Origin: a virus | Taxonomy: Duplodnaviria > Caudoviricetes | Strand: one strand, 5' to 3' | Virus record (IMG/VR): IMGVR_UViG_3300046778_000114 | Location: 1 to 42,411 of that record | DNA length: 42,411 bases | In this document: positions 42,207-42,411 of the stretch, piece after piece | Position numbering within the stretch: the first letter of the stretch is position 1 | Layout: the number at the start of each line of letters is the position of its first letter | Program-made: the position numbers and the translations under genes | Notes under the pieces: generated by a model | What the model was told of the DNA's origin: nothing | The model's input: only the letters and a program-made list of their open reading frames with translations | Database searches by the model: none

Positions 42207-42411
42207 CGGGGTGCTCGGGCTAGAGGGCGGTATGGCTGTCTCGCGGGGGGTCGCGCCCGCCCCTACTCTACCACATCCGGCGGGCGTGGGCAAGGAGTAA
42301 AAGCGGATATGGCTCCGGTACGTATGCAGTAAAAACCACATTTTACCTGAAGGTGTTGGTAGGGGGAAAGAGGGGTGCCGCCACCAGCGAAGTGGGGGGT
42401 GGGAGCTGGAG

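Overview
The window looks like a complete or near-complete ~42.4 kb genome of a lytic podovirus-type tailed phage, organised as two converging arms. The + strand arm (470-18432) carries many small early ORFs, then an SF1 helicase, a HIRAN protein, a Cas4/RecB-like exonuclease, a Sak4-like ATPase, an SSB-like protein, a ParB-methyltransferase fusion, DUF3310, a UDG/3'-5' exonuclease protein, DUF1937, a family A DNA polymerase and a DUF3987-like ATPase. The - strand arm (42206-18429) carries a probable small terminase, an SGNH esterase, GH108 endolysin, a holin-like protein, large terminase, portal, scaffold, BPP-1/epsilon15-type capsid and cement proteins, tail adaptor and nozzle, three ejection proteins, a tail fibre and a short beta-helix spike. 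I recognised no primase, RNA polymerase, integrase, repressor, tRNA or CRISPR. The most notable signals concern replication. (1) PolA is split inside its proofreading domain into a UDG+ExoI/II gene and an ExoIII+polymerase gene, with three genes between them. (2) The polymerase has non-canonical active-site residues: Asp at the steric-gate position, His at 762, Phe at 766. (3) No primase is recognisable. (4) A 350-nt ungapped imperfect inverted repeat starts at base 1 and surrounds a perfect hairpin and a T15 tract. (5) A 33-bp dyad element, GTAYGG-N21-CCRTAC with a conserved core, recurs at three intergenic sites. All family assignments come from motif recognition by eye; no database searches were run.
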